The translations under genes and the position numbers were made by a program. A stretch of 64,000 nt of DNA from the human T2T-CHM13v2.0 reference genome, Homo sapiens. The DNA lies in assembly GCA_009914755.4 (NCBI GenBank), contig CP086569.2:61024001-61088000 (forward strand), in the 5' to 3' direction. Every line of letters starts with the position of its first letter. The stretch's first letter is position 1. This document shows, in pieces, positions 15,201-30,532 of this stretch. The notes under the pieces were generated by a model. That model was not told the DNA's origin, made no database searches, and saw only the letters and a list, made by a program, of their open reading frames with translations.

Positions 15201-15762
15201 CTCGAATGTAATTGACTGGAATGGAATGTACATGAATGGAATGTAATCGAATGGAAAGTAATCCAATGGAATAGAATCTAATGCAATAAAATCGACTCAG
15301 ATAGAGTAGAATGTAATGGAATGGAGTGCAGTGCCATGGAATGGAATGGAATGGAATGCAATGGAATGGAATGGAATGGAATGGAATGGAATGGAATGGG
15401 ATGGAATGGTGTGGAATGGATAGTAATCGACAGGAGTGAAATGGACTGGAAAGGAATGGACTCAAATTGAAAGGGCTCGAAAGGAATGGAGTCAAATGGA
15501 ATGGTCTGGAATGGAATGAACACGAATGTAATGCAATCCAATAGAATGGAATCGAATGGCATGGAATATAAAGAAATGGAATCGAAGAGAATGGAAACAA
15601 ATGGAATGGAATTGAATGGAATGGAATTGAATGGAATGGGAACGAATGGAGTGAAATTGTATGCAGTAGAAGAGAATAGAATGGAATGCAAGCGAAAGGA
15701 AAGGAATGGATTGGAATGGAATGGAATTCATTGGAATGGAAGGGAATGTAGTGTAATGGACA
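12204..15762 (+). repeat. DYZ1 HOR copy 4 (3559 bp).
   Basis: GGCC anchors at 12204 and 15763. Confidence 0.85.
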
Positions 15763-18700
15763 GGCCTGGAATAAAGTGGAATGCTACGGTCTCGAATGGA
15801 ATAAAAATGTATGGAATGGAATGCAATGAAACGGAATCGAATGTCATAGAATGTAATGGAATGCAAAAAAATGGAATCCAAAATCATTGACTGGAAAGGC
15901 TGGGTGTCGAAAGGAATTGACTCCAATGGAATGGAATCGAATGGAATGGAAGAGAATAGAATCGAACTAAATCGAATGGAATGGAATTGATAGGAACGGA
16001 ATGGAAAGGAATGCAATGATTTGGCATGGAATGGAATCAAATGGCATCGAATGGAATGGAATGGAATGCAATGGAATGGAATGTATTAGAATGTAATGAA
16101 CTTTAATGGAATGTACTCGAATGGAATCGACTGGAATGGAATGTTCTGGAAGTGAATGGACTCCAATGGAATGGATTCAAAAGGAATGGAATCGTACGGA
16201 ATGGAATCTAATGGAATGGAATTAAATGGAAATGAATCAAACTGAATAGAACGGAATTGAATTGAATGGAATCGAATGCAATGGAATCTAATGAAACGGA
16301 AAGGAAAGGAATGGAATGGAATGGAATGGGCTGGAATGGAAAGGAATCGAAACGAATGGAATGGAATCGAACTGAAGAGACTGGAATGGAATGCACTGGA
16401 ATGGAAGGGAGTGTAATGGAAGGTTCTCGAAAAAAATGGAATCGAATGGAATGGAATTGAATGGAACGGAATAGAGTCGAATGGAATTGAATGGAATGGA
16501 ATGGACTAGAGTGAAATGGAATCGAACCACAAGGAATGGACATGAATAGAATGGTCTCGAATTGAATGGAATCGTATGGAATGGCATCAAACGGAATGGA
16601 ATGGACAGCCACGGAATGGAATGCACTCGAATGCAATGGAGTCGAAACTAATGGACTGGAATAGAATGGACTCGACTGGTACGGACTCCAATGGAATGGA
16701 ATCGAATGGAAGGGAATCGAACGGAATGGACTCGAAGGGAAAAGACTGCAATGGAAAGGTCTCGAATGGAATGGAAATTAATGGAATGGAATGGAATCGA
16801 ATGAAATGGAGTCAAAAGGAATGGAATCGAATGGCAAGAAATCGAATGTAATGGAATCGCAAGGAATTGATGTGAACGGAACGGAATGGAATGGAATCCA
16901 AAGGAATGGAATAGAATGGAATGGAATCGAATGGAAAGGACTCGAATGGAAATCACTCGAATAGAATGCAATTTAATAAAATAGGATCAAATGTAATGGA
17001 ATGGAATGGAAAGGAATCGAAACGAAAGGAATGGAGACAGATGGAATGGAATGGAACAGAGAGCAATGGTATAGAATGGAATGGAATCATCTGGAATGGA
17101 ATTGAATGGAATGGAATAATATGAAATGGAATGGAATGGAATGGAATGGAATGCCCTTGAATTAAATGGACTGGAATGGAATGGACTCGAACAGAGTGGA
17201 ATGGAAAGTGTTGAGATAGAATGGAATGGACTCCTTTGGAATGGTGTAGTATGCAATGCAATCGACTGGCAGGGAATCAAAAGGAATGTAATCGAATGGA
17301 TTGGACTGGAATGCAATGGACTCGAATAGATTGGAAACGGAATGCAAAGGAATGGAATGGAATAGTATGGAATGGAATGGAAAGGAATGGAGTGGAATAG
17401 ACTAGAGTGGAATGGAATGGACTGGAAAGCAATGGACTGGAATGGAACTTTCTTGAATGGACTGGAATCAAACGGAATGGAATGCAATGCAATCAAATGG
17501 CATGGAATAAAATAGAATGAAAGAGAATCAAATGGAATTGAATCGAATGGAATCGAATGGATTGGAAAGGAATAGAATGGAATGGAATGGAATTGACTCA
17601 AATGGAATGGACTAGAATGGAATGGATTCGAATGGAAGGCAAAGGAATGGAATCTATTGGAATGGACTGTAATGGAATGGAATGGAAGGGATTGGAATGG
17701 ACTCGAATGGAATGGACTGCAATAGAAAGGATTCGAATGGAATGAAAAAGAATTGAATGGAATAGAACAGAATGGAATCAAATCGAATGAAATGGAATGG
17801 AATAGAAAGGAATGGAATGAAATGGAATGGAAAGGATTCGAATGGAATGCAATCGAATGGAATGGAATCGAACGGAATGGAATAAAATGGAAGAAAACTG
17901 TCAAGAAATGGAATCGAAATGAATGGAGTGTTATGGAACGGACTCAAAAGGAATTGAATGTAATAGAATGGAGTGGAGTGGACTCGAATATAATGGACTG
18001 GAATGGAATGAAATCACATGGAATGGGAACGAATGGAATGGAATGGAAAGGAATGGAATCGAATGGAAAGGAATCGAATGGAAGGGAATGAAATTGAATC
18101 AACAGGAATGGAAGGGAATAGAATAGACGGTAATGGAATGGACTCGAATAGAATGGACACGAATGCTCAAATTGAATGGACTCAAATGGAATGGAAACGA
18201 AAGGAATGTCATCGAATGGAATTGAATCGATTGGAATGAAATCGCATAGAATGGAGTGGAATCAAATGGAATTGAATCGAAAGGAAAGGAAGCGAATGGA
18301 CTGAAATGAAATGGAATGGAATTGAATGGAAAGTTATGTAATGGAATAGAATGGAAGGAAATTTCACGGAAAGCAATCAAACTGAATGGAATCAAATCAA
18401 TGGAATCAAATCAAATGGAATGGAAAGGAATTGAATGGAGTAGATTGGATTGGATGGGATTGGAATGAAATGTACTGGAAAGGACTCGAATTTCATGAAA
18501 CGGAATGGAATGAATTGGAACGGAACGGACTCGAATGGAATGGAATGTCATGGAATGGCATCAAATGGAATGGCATCAAATGGAATGGAATCGAATGCAA
18601 TGGAGTGCTATGGAATGGAATGGAATGCATTGGAATGGAATGTCCTCTAATGGAATGGATTCGAGTGGAATGGAATCGAATATAATGGAGTCGAATGAAA

Positions 18701-19311
18701 TGGAATTGAAAGGAATGGGATCGAATACAATGGAATATAGTGGAATGTAATATAATGAACTCAAATGTAATTGACTGGAATGGAATGTACATGAATGGAA
18801 TGTAATCGAATGGAAAGTAATCCAATGGAATAGAATCTAATGCAATAAAATCGACTCAGATAGAGTAGAATGTAATGGAATGGAGTGCAGTGCAATGGAA
18901 TGGAATGGAATGGAATGCAATGGAATGGAATGGAATGGAATGGAATGGGATAGAATGGTGTGGAATGGATAGTAATGGACTGGAATGAAATGGACTGGAA
19001 AGGAATGGACTCAAATTGAAAGGGCTCGAAAGGAATGGAGTCAAATGGAATGGTTTGGAATGGAATGAACACGAATGTAATGCAATCCAATAGAATGGAA
19101 TCGAATGGCATGGAATATAAAGAAATGGAATCGAAGAGAATGGAAACAAATGGAATGGAATTGAATGGAATGGAATTGAATGGAATGGGAACGAATGGAG
19201 TGAAATTGTATGCAGTAGAAGAGAATAGAATGGAATGCAAGCGAAAGGAAAGGAATGGATTGGAATGGAATGGAATTCATTGGAATGGAAGGGAATGTAG
19301 TGTAATGGACA
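15763..19311 (+). repeat. DYZ1 HOR copy 5 (3549 bp).
   Basis: GGCC anchors at 15763 and 19312. Confidence 0.85.
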
Positions 19312-22300
19312 GGCCTGGAATAAAGTGGAATGCTACGGTCTCGAATGGAATAAAAATGTATGGAATGGAATGCAATGAAACGGAATCGAATGTCATAGAA
19401 TGTAATGGAATGCAAAAAAATGGAATCCAAAATCATTGACTGGAAAGGCTGGGTGTCGAAAGGAATTGACTCCAATGGACTGGAATCGAATGGAATGGAA
19501 GTGAATAGAATCGAACTAAATCGAATGGAATAGAATTGATAGGAACGGAATGGAAAGGAATGCAATGATTTGGCATGGAATGGAATCGAATGGCATCGAA
19601 TGGAATGGAATGGAATGCAATGGAATGGAATGTATTAGAATGTAATGAACTTTAATGGTATGTACTCGAATGGATTCGACTGGAATGGAATGTTCTGGAA
19701 GTGAATGGACTCCAATGGAATGGATTCAAAAGGAATGGAATCGTACGGAATGGAATCTAATGGAATGGAATTAAATGGAAATGAATCAAATTGAATAGCA
19801 CGGAATTGAATTGAATGGAATCGAATGCAATGGAATCTAATGAAACGGAAAGGAAAGGAATGGAATGGAATGGAATGGGCTGGAATGGAAAGGAATCGAA
19901 ACGAATGGAATGGAATCGAACTGAAGAGACTGGAATGGAATGCACTGGAATGGAAGGGAGTGTAATGGAAGGTTCTCGAAAAAAATGGAATCGAATGGAA
20001 TGGAATTGAATGGAACGGAATAGAGTCGAATGGAATTGAATGGAATGGAATGGACTAGAGTGAAATGGAATCGAACCACAAGGAATGGACAGGAATAGAA
20101 TGGTCTCGAATTGAATGGAATCGTATGGAATGGCATCAAACGGAATGGAATGGACAGCCACGGAATCGAATGCACTCGAATGCAATGGAGTCGAAACTAA
20201 TGGACTGGAATAGAATGGACTCGACTGGTACGGACTCCAATGGAATGGAATCGAATGGAAGGGAATCGAACGGAATGGACTCGAAGGGAAAAGACTGCAA
20301 TGGAAAGGTCTCGAATGGAATGGAAATTAATGGAATGGAATGGAATCGAATGAAATGGAGTCAAAAGGAATGGAATCGAATGGCAAGAAATCGAATGTAA
20401 TGGAATCACAAGGAATTGATGTGAACGGAACGGAATGGAATGGAATCCAAAGGAATGGAATAGAATGGAATGGAATTGAATGGAAAGGACTCGAAGGGAA
20501 ATCACTCGAATAGAATGCAATTTAATAAAATAGGATCAAATGTAATGGAATGGAATGGAAAGGAATCGAAATGAAAGGAATGGAGACAGATGGAATGGAA
20601 TGGAACAGAGAGCAATGGTATAGAATGGAATGGAATCATCTGGAATGGAATTGAATGGAATGGAATAACATGAAATGGACTGGAATGGAATGGAATGCCC
20701 TTGAATTAAATGGACTGGAATGGAATGGACTCGAACAGAGTGGAATGGAAAGTGTTGAAATAGAATGGAATGGACTCGTTTGGAATGGTCTAGTATGCAA
20801 TGCAATCGACTGGCAGGGAACCAAAAGGAATGTAATGGAATGGATTGGACTGGAATGCAATGGACTCGAATAGATTGGAAACGGAATGCAAAGGAATGGA
20901 ATGGAATAGTATGGAATGGAATGGAAAGGAATGGAGTGGAATAGACAAGAGTGGAATGGAATGGACTGGAAAGCAATGGACTGGAATGGAACTTTCTTGA
21001 ATGGACTGGAATCAAACGGAATGGAATGCAACGCAATCAAATGGCATGGAATAAAATAGAATGAAAGAGAATCAAATGGAATTGAATCGAATGGAATCGA
21101 ATGGATTGGAAAGGAATAGAATGGAATGGAATGGAATTGACTCAAATGGAATGGACTAGAATGGAATGGATTCGAATGGAAGGCAAAGGAATGGAATCTA
21201 TTGGAATGGACTGTAATGGAATGGAATGGAAGGGATTGGAATGGACTCGAATGGAATGGACTGCAATAGAAAGGATTCGAATGGAATGAAAAAGAATTGA
21301 ATGGAATAGAACAGAATGGAATCAAATCGAATGAAATGGAATGGAATAGAAAGGAATGGAATGAAATGGAATGGAAAGGATTCGAATGGAATGCAATCGA
21401 ATGGAATGGAATCGAACGGAATGGAATAAAATGGAAGAAAACTGTCAAGAAATGGAATCGAAATGAATGGAGTGTTATGGAACGGACTCAAAAGGAATTG
21501 AATGTAATAGAATGGAGTGGAGTGGACTCGAATATAATGGACTGGAATGGAATGAAATCACATGGAATGGGAACGAATGGAATGGAATGGAAAGGAATGG
21601 AATCGAATGGAAAGGAATCGAATGGAAGGGAATGAAATTGAATCAACAGGAATGGAAGGGAATAGAATAGACGGTAATGGAATGGACTCGAATAGAATGG
21701 ACACGAATGCTCAAATTGAATGGACTCGAATGGAATGGAAACGAAAGGAATGTCATCGAATGGAATTGAATCGATTGGAATGAAATTGCATAGAATGGAG
21801 TGGAATCAAATGGAATTGAATCGAAAGGAAAGGAAGCGAATGGACTGAAATGAAATGGAATGGAATTGAATGGAAAGTTATGTAATAGAATAGAATGGAA
21901 CGAAATTTCACGGAATGGAATCAAACTGAATGGAATCAAATCAATGGAATCAAATCAAATGGAATGGAAAGGAATTGAATGGAGTAGATTGGATTGGATG
22001 GGATTGGAATGAAATGTACTGGAAAGGACTCGAATTTCATGAAACGGAATGCAATGAATTGGAACGGAACGGACTCGAATGGAATGGAATGTCATGGAAT
22101 GGCATCAAATGGAATGGCATCAAATGGAATGGAATCGAATGCAATGGAATGCTATGGAATGGAATGGAATGCATTGGAATGGAATGTCCTCTAATGGAAT
22201 GGATTCGAGTGGAATGGAATCGAATATAATGGAGTCGAATGAAATGGAATTGAAAGGAATGGGATCGAATACAATGGAATATACTGGAATGTAATGTAAT

Positions 22301-22865
22301 GAACTTGAATGTAATTGACTGGAATGGAATGTACATGAATGGAATGTAATCGAATGGAAAGTAATCCAATGGAATAGAATCTAATGCAATAAAATCGACT
22401 CAGATAGAGTAGAATGTAATGGAATGGAGTGCAGTGCAATGGAATGGAATGGAATGGAATGGAATGGAATGGAATGCAATGGAATGGAATGGAATGGAAT
22501 GGGATGGAATGGTATGGAATGGATAGTAATGGACTGGAGTGAAATGGACTGGAAAGGAATGGACTCAAATTGAAAGGGCTCGAAAGGAATGGAGTCAAAT
22601 GGAATGGTCTGGAATGGAATGAACACGTATGTAATGCAATCCAATAGAATGGAATCGAATGGCATGGAATATAAAGAAATGGAATCGAAGAGAATGGAAA
22701 CAAATGGAATGGAATTGAATGGAATGGAATTGAATGGAATGGGAACGAATGGAGTGAAATTGTATGCAGTAGAAGGGAATAGAATGGAATGCAAGCGAAA
22801 GGAAAGGAATGGATTGGAATGGAATGGAATTCATTGGAATGGAAGGGAATGTAGTGTAATGGACA
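19312..22865 (+). repeat. DYZ1 HOR copy 6 (3554 bp). It carries a 10-bp-shorter variant near 20655-20700 ('aacatgaaatggactggaatgg').
   Basis: GGCC anchors at 19312 and 22866. Confidence 0.85.
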
Positions 22866-25800
22866 GGCCTGGAATAAAGTGGAATGCTACGGTCTCGAAT
22901 GGAATAAAAATGTATGGAATGGAATGCAATGAAACGGAATCAAATGTCATAGAATGTAATGGAATGCAAAAAAATGGAATCCAAAATCATTGACTGGAAA
23001 GGCTGGGTGTCGAAAGGAATTGACTCCAATGGAATGGAATCGAATGGAATGGAAGTGAATAGAATCGAACTAAATCGAATGGAATGGAATTGATAGGAAC
23101 GGAATGGAAAGGAATGCAATGATTTGGCATGGAATGCAATCGAATGGCATCGAATGGAATGGAATGGAATGCAATGGAATGGAATGTATTAGAATGTAAT
23201 GAACTTTAATGGAATGTACTCGAATGGATTCGACTGGAATGGAATGTTCTGGAAGTGAATGGACTCCAATGGAATGGATTCAAAAGGAATGGAATCGTAC
23301 GGAATGGAATCTAATGGAATGGAATTAAATGGAAATGAATCAAATTGAATAGCACGGAATTGAATTGAATGGAATCGAATGCAATGGAATCTAATGAAAC
23401 GGAAAGGAAAGGAATGGAATGGAATGGAATGGGCTGGAATGGAAAGGAATCGAAACGAATGGAATGGAATCGAACTGAAGAGACTGGAATGGAATGCACT
23501 GGAATGGAAGGGAGTGTAATGGAAGGTTCTCGAAAAAAATGGAATGGAATGGAATGGAATTGAATGGAACGGAATAGAGTCGAATGGAATTGAATGGAAT
23601 GGAATGGACTAGAGTGAAATGGAATCGAACCACAAGGAATGGACAGGAATAGAATGGTCTCGAATTGAATGGAATCGTATGGAATGGCATCAAACGGAAT
23701 GGAATGGACAGCCACGGAATGGAATGCACTCGAATGCAATGGAGTCGAAACTAATGGACTGGAATAGAATGGACTCGACTGGTACGGACTCCAATGGAAT
23801 GGAATCGAATGGAAGGGAATCGAACGGAATGGACTCGAAGGGAAAAGACTGCAATGGAAAGGTCTCGAATGGAATGGAAATTAATGGGATGGAATGGAAT
23901 CGAATGAAACGGAGTCAAAAGGAATGGAATCGAATGGCAAGAAATCGAATGTAATGGAATCGCAAGGAATTGATGTGAACGGAATGGAATGGAATGGAAT
24001 CAAAAGGAATGGAATAGAATGGAATGGAATCGAATGGAAAGGACTCGAATGGAAATCACTCGAATAGAATGCAATTTAATAAAATAGGATCAAATGTAAT
24101 AGAATGGAATGGAAAGGAATCGAAACGAAAGGAATGGAGACAGATGGAATGGAATGGAACAGAGAGCAATGGTATAGAATGGAATGGAATCATCTGGAAT
24201 GGAATTGAATGGAATGGAATAATATGAAATGGAATGGAATGGAATGGAATGCCCTTGAATTAAATGGACTGGAATGGAATGGACTCAAACAGAGTGGAAT
24301 GGAAAGTGTTGAGATAGAATGGAATGGACTCCTTTGGAATGGTCTAGTATGCAATGCAATCGACTGGCAGGGAATCAAAAGGAATGTAATCGAATGGATT
24401 AGACTGGAATGCAATGGACTCGAATAGATTGGAAACGGAATGCAAAGGAATGGAATGGAGTAGTATGGAATGGAATGGAAAGGAATGGAGTGGAATAGAC
24501 TAGAGTGGAATGGAATGGACTGGAAAGCAATGGACTGGAATGGAACTTTCTTGAATGGACTGGAATCAAACGGAATGGAATGCAATGCAATCAAATGGCA
24601 TGGAATAAAATAGAATGAAAGAGAATCAAATGGAATTGAATCGAATGGAATCGAATGGATTGGAAAGGAATAGAATGGAATGCAATGGAATTGACTCAAA
24701 TGGAATGGACTAGAATGGAATGGATTCGAATGGAAGGCAAAGGAATGGAATCTATTGGAATGGACTGTAATGGAATGGAATGGAAGGGATTGGAATGGAC
24801 TCAAATGGAATGGACTGCAATAGAAAGCATTCGAATGGAATGAAAAAGAATTGAATGGAATAGAACAGAATGGAATCAAATCGAATGAAGTGGAATGGAA
24901 TAGAAAGGAATGGAATGAAATGGAATGGAAAGGATTCGAATGGAATGCAATCGAATGGAATGGAATCGAACGGAATGGAATAAAATGGAAGAAAACTGGC
25001 AAGAAATGGAATCGAAATGAATGGAGTGTTATGGAACGGACTCAAAAGGAATTGAATGTAATAGAATGGAGTGGAGTGGACTCGAATATAATGGACTGGA
25101 ATGGAATGAAATCACATGGAATGGGAACGAATGGAATGGAATGGAAAGGAATGGAATCGAATGGAAAGGAATCGAATGGAAGGGAATGAAATTGAATCAA
25201 CAGGAATGGAAGGGAATAGAATAGACGGTAATGGAATGGACTCGAATAGAATGGACACGAATGCTCAAATTGAATGGACTCGAATGGAATGGAAACGAAA
25301 GGAATGTCATCGAATGGAATTGAATCGATTGGAATGAAATCGCATAGAATGGAGTGGAATCAAATGGAATTGAATCGAAAGGAAAGGAAGCGAATGGACT
25401 GAAATGAAAGGGAATGGAATTGAATGGAAAGTTATGTAATGGAATAGAATGGAACGAAATTTCACGGAATGCAATCAAACTGAATGGAATCAAATCAATG
25501 GAATCAAATCAAATGGAATGGAAAGGAATTGAATGGAGTAGATTGGATTGGATGGGATTGGAATGAAATGTACTGGAAAGGACTCGAATTTCATGAAACG
25601 GAATGGAATGAATTAGAACGGAACGGACTCGAATGGAATGGAATGTCATGGAATGGCATCAAATGGAATGGCATCAAATGGAATGGAATCGAATGCAATG
25701 GAGTGCTATGGAATGGAATGGAATGCATTGGAATGGAATGTCCTCTAATGGAATGGATTCGAGTGGAATGGAATCGAATATAATGGAGTCGAATGAAATG

Positions 25801-26414
25801 GAATTGAAAGGAATGGGATCGAATACAATGGAATATACTGGAATGTAATGTAATGAACTCGAATGTAATTGACTGGAATGGAATGTACATGAATGGAATG
25901 TAATTGAATGGAAAGTAATCCAATGGAATAGAATCTAATGCAATAAAATCGACTCAGATAGAGTAGAATGTAATGGAATGGAGTGCAGTGCAATGGAATG
26001 GAATGGAATGGAATGCAATGGAATGGAATGGAATGGAATGGAATGGAATGGGATGGAATGGTGTTGAATGGATACTAATGGACTGGAGTGAAATGGACTG
26101 GAAAGGAATGGACTCAAATTGAAAGGGCTCGAAAGGAATGGAGTCAAATGGAATGGTCTGGAATGGAATGAACACGAATATAATGCAATCCAATAGAATG
26201 GAATCGAATGGCATGGAATATAAAGAAATGGAATCGAAGAGAATGGAAACAAATGGAATGGAATTGAATGGAATGGAATTGAATGGAATGGGAACGAATG
26301 GAGTGAAATTGTATGCAGTAGAAGAGAATAGAATGGAATGCAAGCGAAAGGAAAGGAATGGATTGCAATGGAATGGAATTCATTGGAATGGAAGGGAATG
26401 TAGTGTAATGGACA
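22866..26414 (+). repeat. DYZ1 HOR copy 7 (3549 bp).
   Basis: GGCC anchors at 22866 and 26415. Confidence 0.85.
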
Positions 26415-29400
26415 GGCCTGGAATAAAGTGGAATGCTACGGTCTCGAATGGAATAAAAATGTATGGAATGGAATGCAATGAAACGGAATCGAATGTCATA
26501 GAATGTAATGGAATGCAAAAAAATGGAATCCAAAATCATTGACTGGAAAGGCTGGGTGTCGAAAGGAATTGACTCCAATGGAATGGAATCGAATGGAATG
26601 GAAGTGAATAGAATCGAACTAAATCGAATGGAATGGAATTGATAGGAACGGAATGGAAAGGAATGCAATGATTTCGCATGGAATGCAATCGAATGGCATC
26701 GAATGGAATGGAATGGAATGCAATGGAATGGAATGTATTAGAATGTAATGAACTTTAATGGAATGTACTCGAATGGATTCGACTGGAATGGAATGTTCTG
26801 GAAGTGAATGGACTCCAATGGAATGGATTCAAAAGGAATGGAATCGTACGGAATGGAATCTAATGGAATGGAATTAAATGGAAATGAATCAAATTGAATA
26901 GCACGGAATTGAATTGAATGGAATCGAATGCAATGGAATCTAATGAAACGGAAAGGAAAGGAATGGAATGGAATGGAATGGGCTGAAATGGAAAGGAATC
27001 GAAACGAATGGAATGGAATCGAATTGAAGAGACAGGAATGGAATGCACTGGAATGGAAGGGAGTGTAATGGAAGGTTCTCGAAAAAAATGGAATGGAATG
27101 GAATGGAATTGAATGGAACGGAATAGAGTCGAATGGAATTGAATGGAATGGAATGGACTAGAGTGAAATGGAATCGAACCACAAGGAATGGACAGGAATA
27201 GAATGGTCTCGAATTGAATGGAATCGTATGGAATGGCATCAAACGGAATGGAATGGACAGCCACGGAATGGAATGCACTCGAATGCAATGGAGTCGAAAC
27301 TAATGGACTGGAATAGAATGGACTCGACTGGTACGGACTCCAATGGAATGGAATCGAATGGAAGGGAATCGAACGGAATGGACTCGAAGGGAAAAGACTG
27401 CAATGGAAAGGTCTCGAATGGAATGGAAATTAATGGAATGGAATGGAATCGAATGAAATGGAGTCAAAAGGAATGGAATCGAATGGCAAGAAATCGAATG
27501 TAATGGAATCGCAAGGAATTGATGTGAACGGAACGGAATGGAATGGAATCCAAAGGAATGGAATAGAATGGAATGGAATCGAATGGAAAGGACTCGAATG
27601 GAAATCACTCGAATAGAATGCAATTTAATAAAATAGGATCAAATGTAATGGAATGGAATGGAAAGGAATCGAAACGAAAGGAATGGAGACAGATGGAATG
27701 GAATGGAACAGAGAGCAATGGTATAGAATGGAATGGAATCATCTGGAATGGAATTGAATGGAATGGAATAACATGAAATGGACTGGAATGGAATGGAATG
27801 CCCTTGAATTAAATGGACTGGAATGGAATGGACTCGAACAGAGTGGAATGGAAAGTGTTGAAATAGAATGGAATGGACTCCTTTGGAATGGTGTAGTATG
27901 CAATGCAATCGACTGGCAGGGAATCAAAAGGAATGTAATCGAATGGATTGGACTGGAATGCAATGGACTCGAATAGATTGGAAACGGAATGCAAAGGAAT
28001 GGAATGGAATAGTATGGAATGGAATGGAAAGGAATGGAGTGGAATAGACTAGAGTGGAATGGAATGGACTCGAAAGCAATGGACTGGAATGGAACTTTCT
28101 TGAATGGACTGGAATCAAACGGAATGGAATGCAATGCAATCAAATGGCATGGAATAAAATAGAATGAAAGAGAATCAAATGGAATTGAATCGAATGGAAT
28201 CGAATGGATTGGAAAGGAATAGAATGGAATGGAATGGAATTGACTCAAATGGAATGGACTAGAATGGAATGGATTCGAATGGAAGGCAAAGGAATGGAAT
28301 CTATTGGAATGGACTGTAATGGAATGGAATGGAAGGGATTGGAAAGGACTCGAATGGAATGGACTGCAATAGAAAGGATTCGAATGGAATGAAAAAGAAT
28401 TGAATGGAATAGAACAGAATGGAATCAAATCGAATGAAATGGAATGGAATAGAAAGGAATGGAATGAAATGGAATGGAAAGGATTCGAATGGAATGCAAT
28501 CGAATGGAATGTAATCGAACGCAATGGAATAAAATGGAAGAAAACTGGCAAGAAATGGAATCGAAATGAATGGAGTGTTATGGAACGGACTCAAAAGGAA
28601 TTGAATGTAATAGAATGGAGTGGAGTGGACTCGAATATAATGGACTGGAATGGAATGAAATCACATGGAATGGGAACGAATGGAATGGAATGGAAAGGAA
28701 TGGAATCGAATGGAAAGGAATCGAATGGAAGGGAATGAAATTGAATCAACAGGAATGGAAGGGAATAGAATAGACGGTAATGGAATGGACTCGAATAGAA
28801 TGGACACGAATGCTCAAATTGAATGGACCCGAATGGAATGGAAACGAAAGGAATGTCATCGAATGGAATTGAATCGATTGGAATGAAATCGCATAGAATG
28901 GAGTGGAATCAAATGGAATTGAATCGAAAGGAAAGGAAGCGAATGGACTGAAATGAAATGGAATGGAATTGAATGGAAAGTAATGCAATGGAATAGAATG
29001 GAACGAAATTTCACGGAATGGAATCAAACTGAATGGAATCAAATCAATGGAATCAAATCAAATGGAATGGAAAGGAATTGAATGGAGTAGATTGGATTGG
29101 ATGGGATTGGAATGAAATGTACTGGAAAGGACTCGAATTTCATGAAACGGAATGGAATGAATTGGAACGGAACGGACTCGAATGGAATGGAATGTCATGG
29201 AATGGCATCAAATGGAATGGAATCAAATGGAATGGAATCGAATGCAATGGAATGCTATGGAATGGAATGGAATGCATTGGAATGGAATGTCCTCTAATGG
29301 AATGGATTCGAGTGGAATGGAATCGAATATAATGGAGTCGAATGAAATGGAATTGAAAGGAATGGGATCGAATACAATGGAATATACTGGAATGTAATGT

Positions 29401-29484
29401 AATGAACTCAAATGTAACTGACTGGAATGGAATGTACATGAATGGAATGTAATCGAATGGAAAGTAATCCAATGGAATAGAATC
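26415..29484 (+). repeat. Terminal DYZ1 HOR copy (3070 bp), truncated by the DYZ1/DYZ2 junction.
   Basis: Starts at GGCC 26415. GGAAT-type sequence ends at '...aatggaatagaatc' around 29484. Confidence 0.85.

Positions 29485-30532
<1,048 letters not shown>

Larger units (their letters stand above)
1..29484 (+). repeat. DYZ1-type HSat3 satellite array: (GGAAT)n-derived pentamer satellite organised in about 3.55-kb higher-order repeats, 8.3 copies, truncated by the window start.
   Basis: GGAAT pentamers are near-continuous on the + strand. Conserved landmarks such as the 'MEWKGFEWN' ORF and the single GGCC site recur at 3539-3589 bp spacing. DYZ1's classical unit is 3.4-3.56 kb. The array abuts a DYZ2-like array, which is the hallmark of Yq12. 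Confidence 0.9.

Noticed and set aside
1-29484. There are hundreds of overlapping ORFs of 60-305 aa on both strands. Examples are 'MEWNGMEWNGMEWN...' on + and '...IPFHSIPFHSIPFHS...' on the reverse strand.
   Set aside because: They are pure frame translations of the GGAAT pentamer. A 5-nt repeat read in triplets gives a 15-nt, 5-aa period (GMEWN/NGMEW/EWNGM). Both strands and several frames are 'open' simultaneously, and composition is extreme. No gene is present.
1-29484. I considered whether the GGAAT array is HSat2 (the chr1/16-type satellite) rather than HSat3/DYZ1.
   Set aside because: The sequence is dominated by fairly pure GGAAT with a strict roughly 3.55-kb HOR, one HaeIII site per HOR and immediate adjacency to a DYZ2-type array. 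This fits DYZ1 (HSat3 family) far better than the more degenerate CATTCGATTC-type HSat2. The call rests on pattern recognition without a database search, so I gave confidence below 1.
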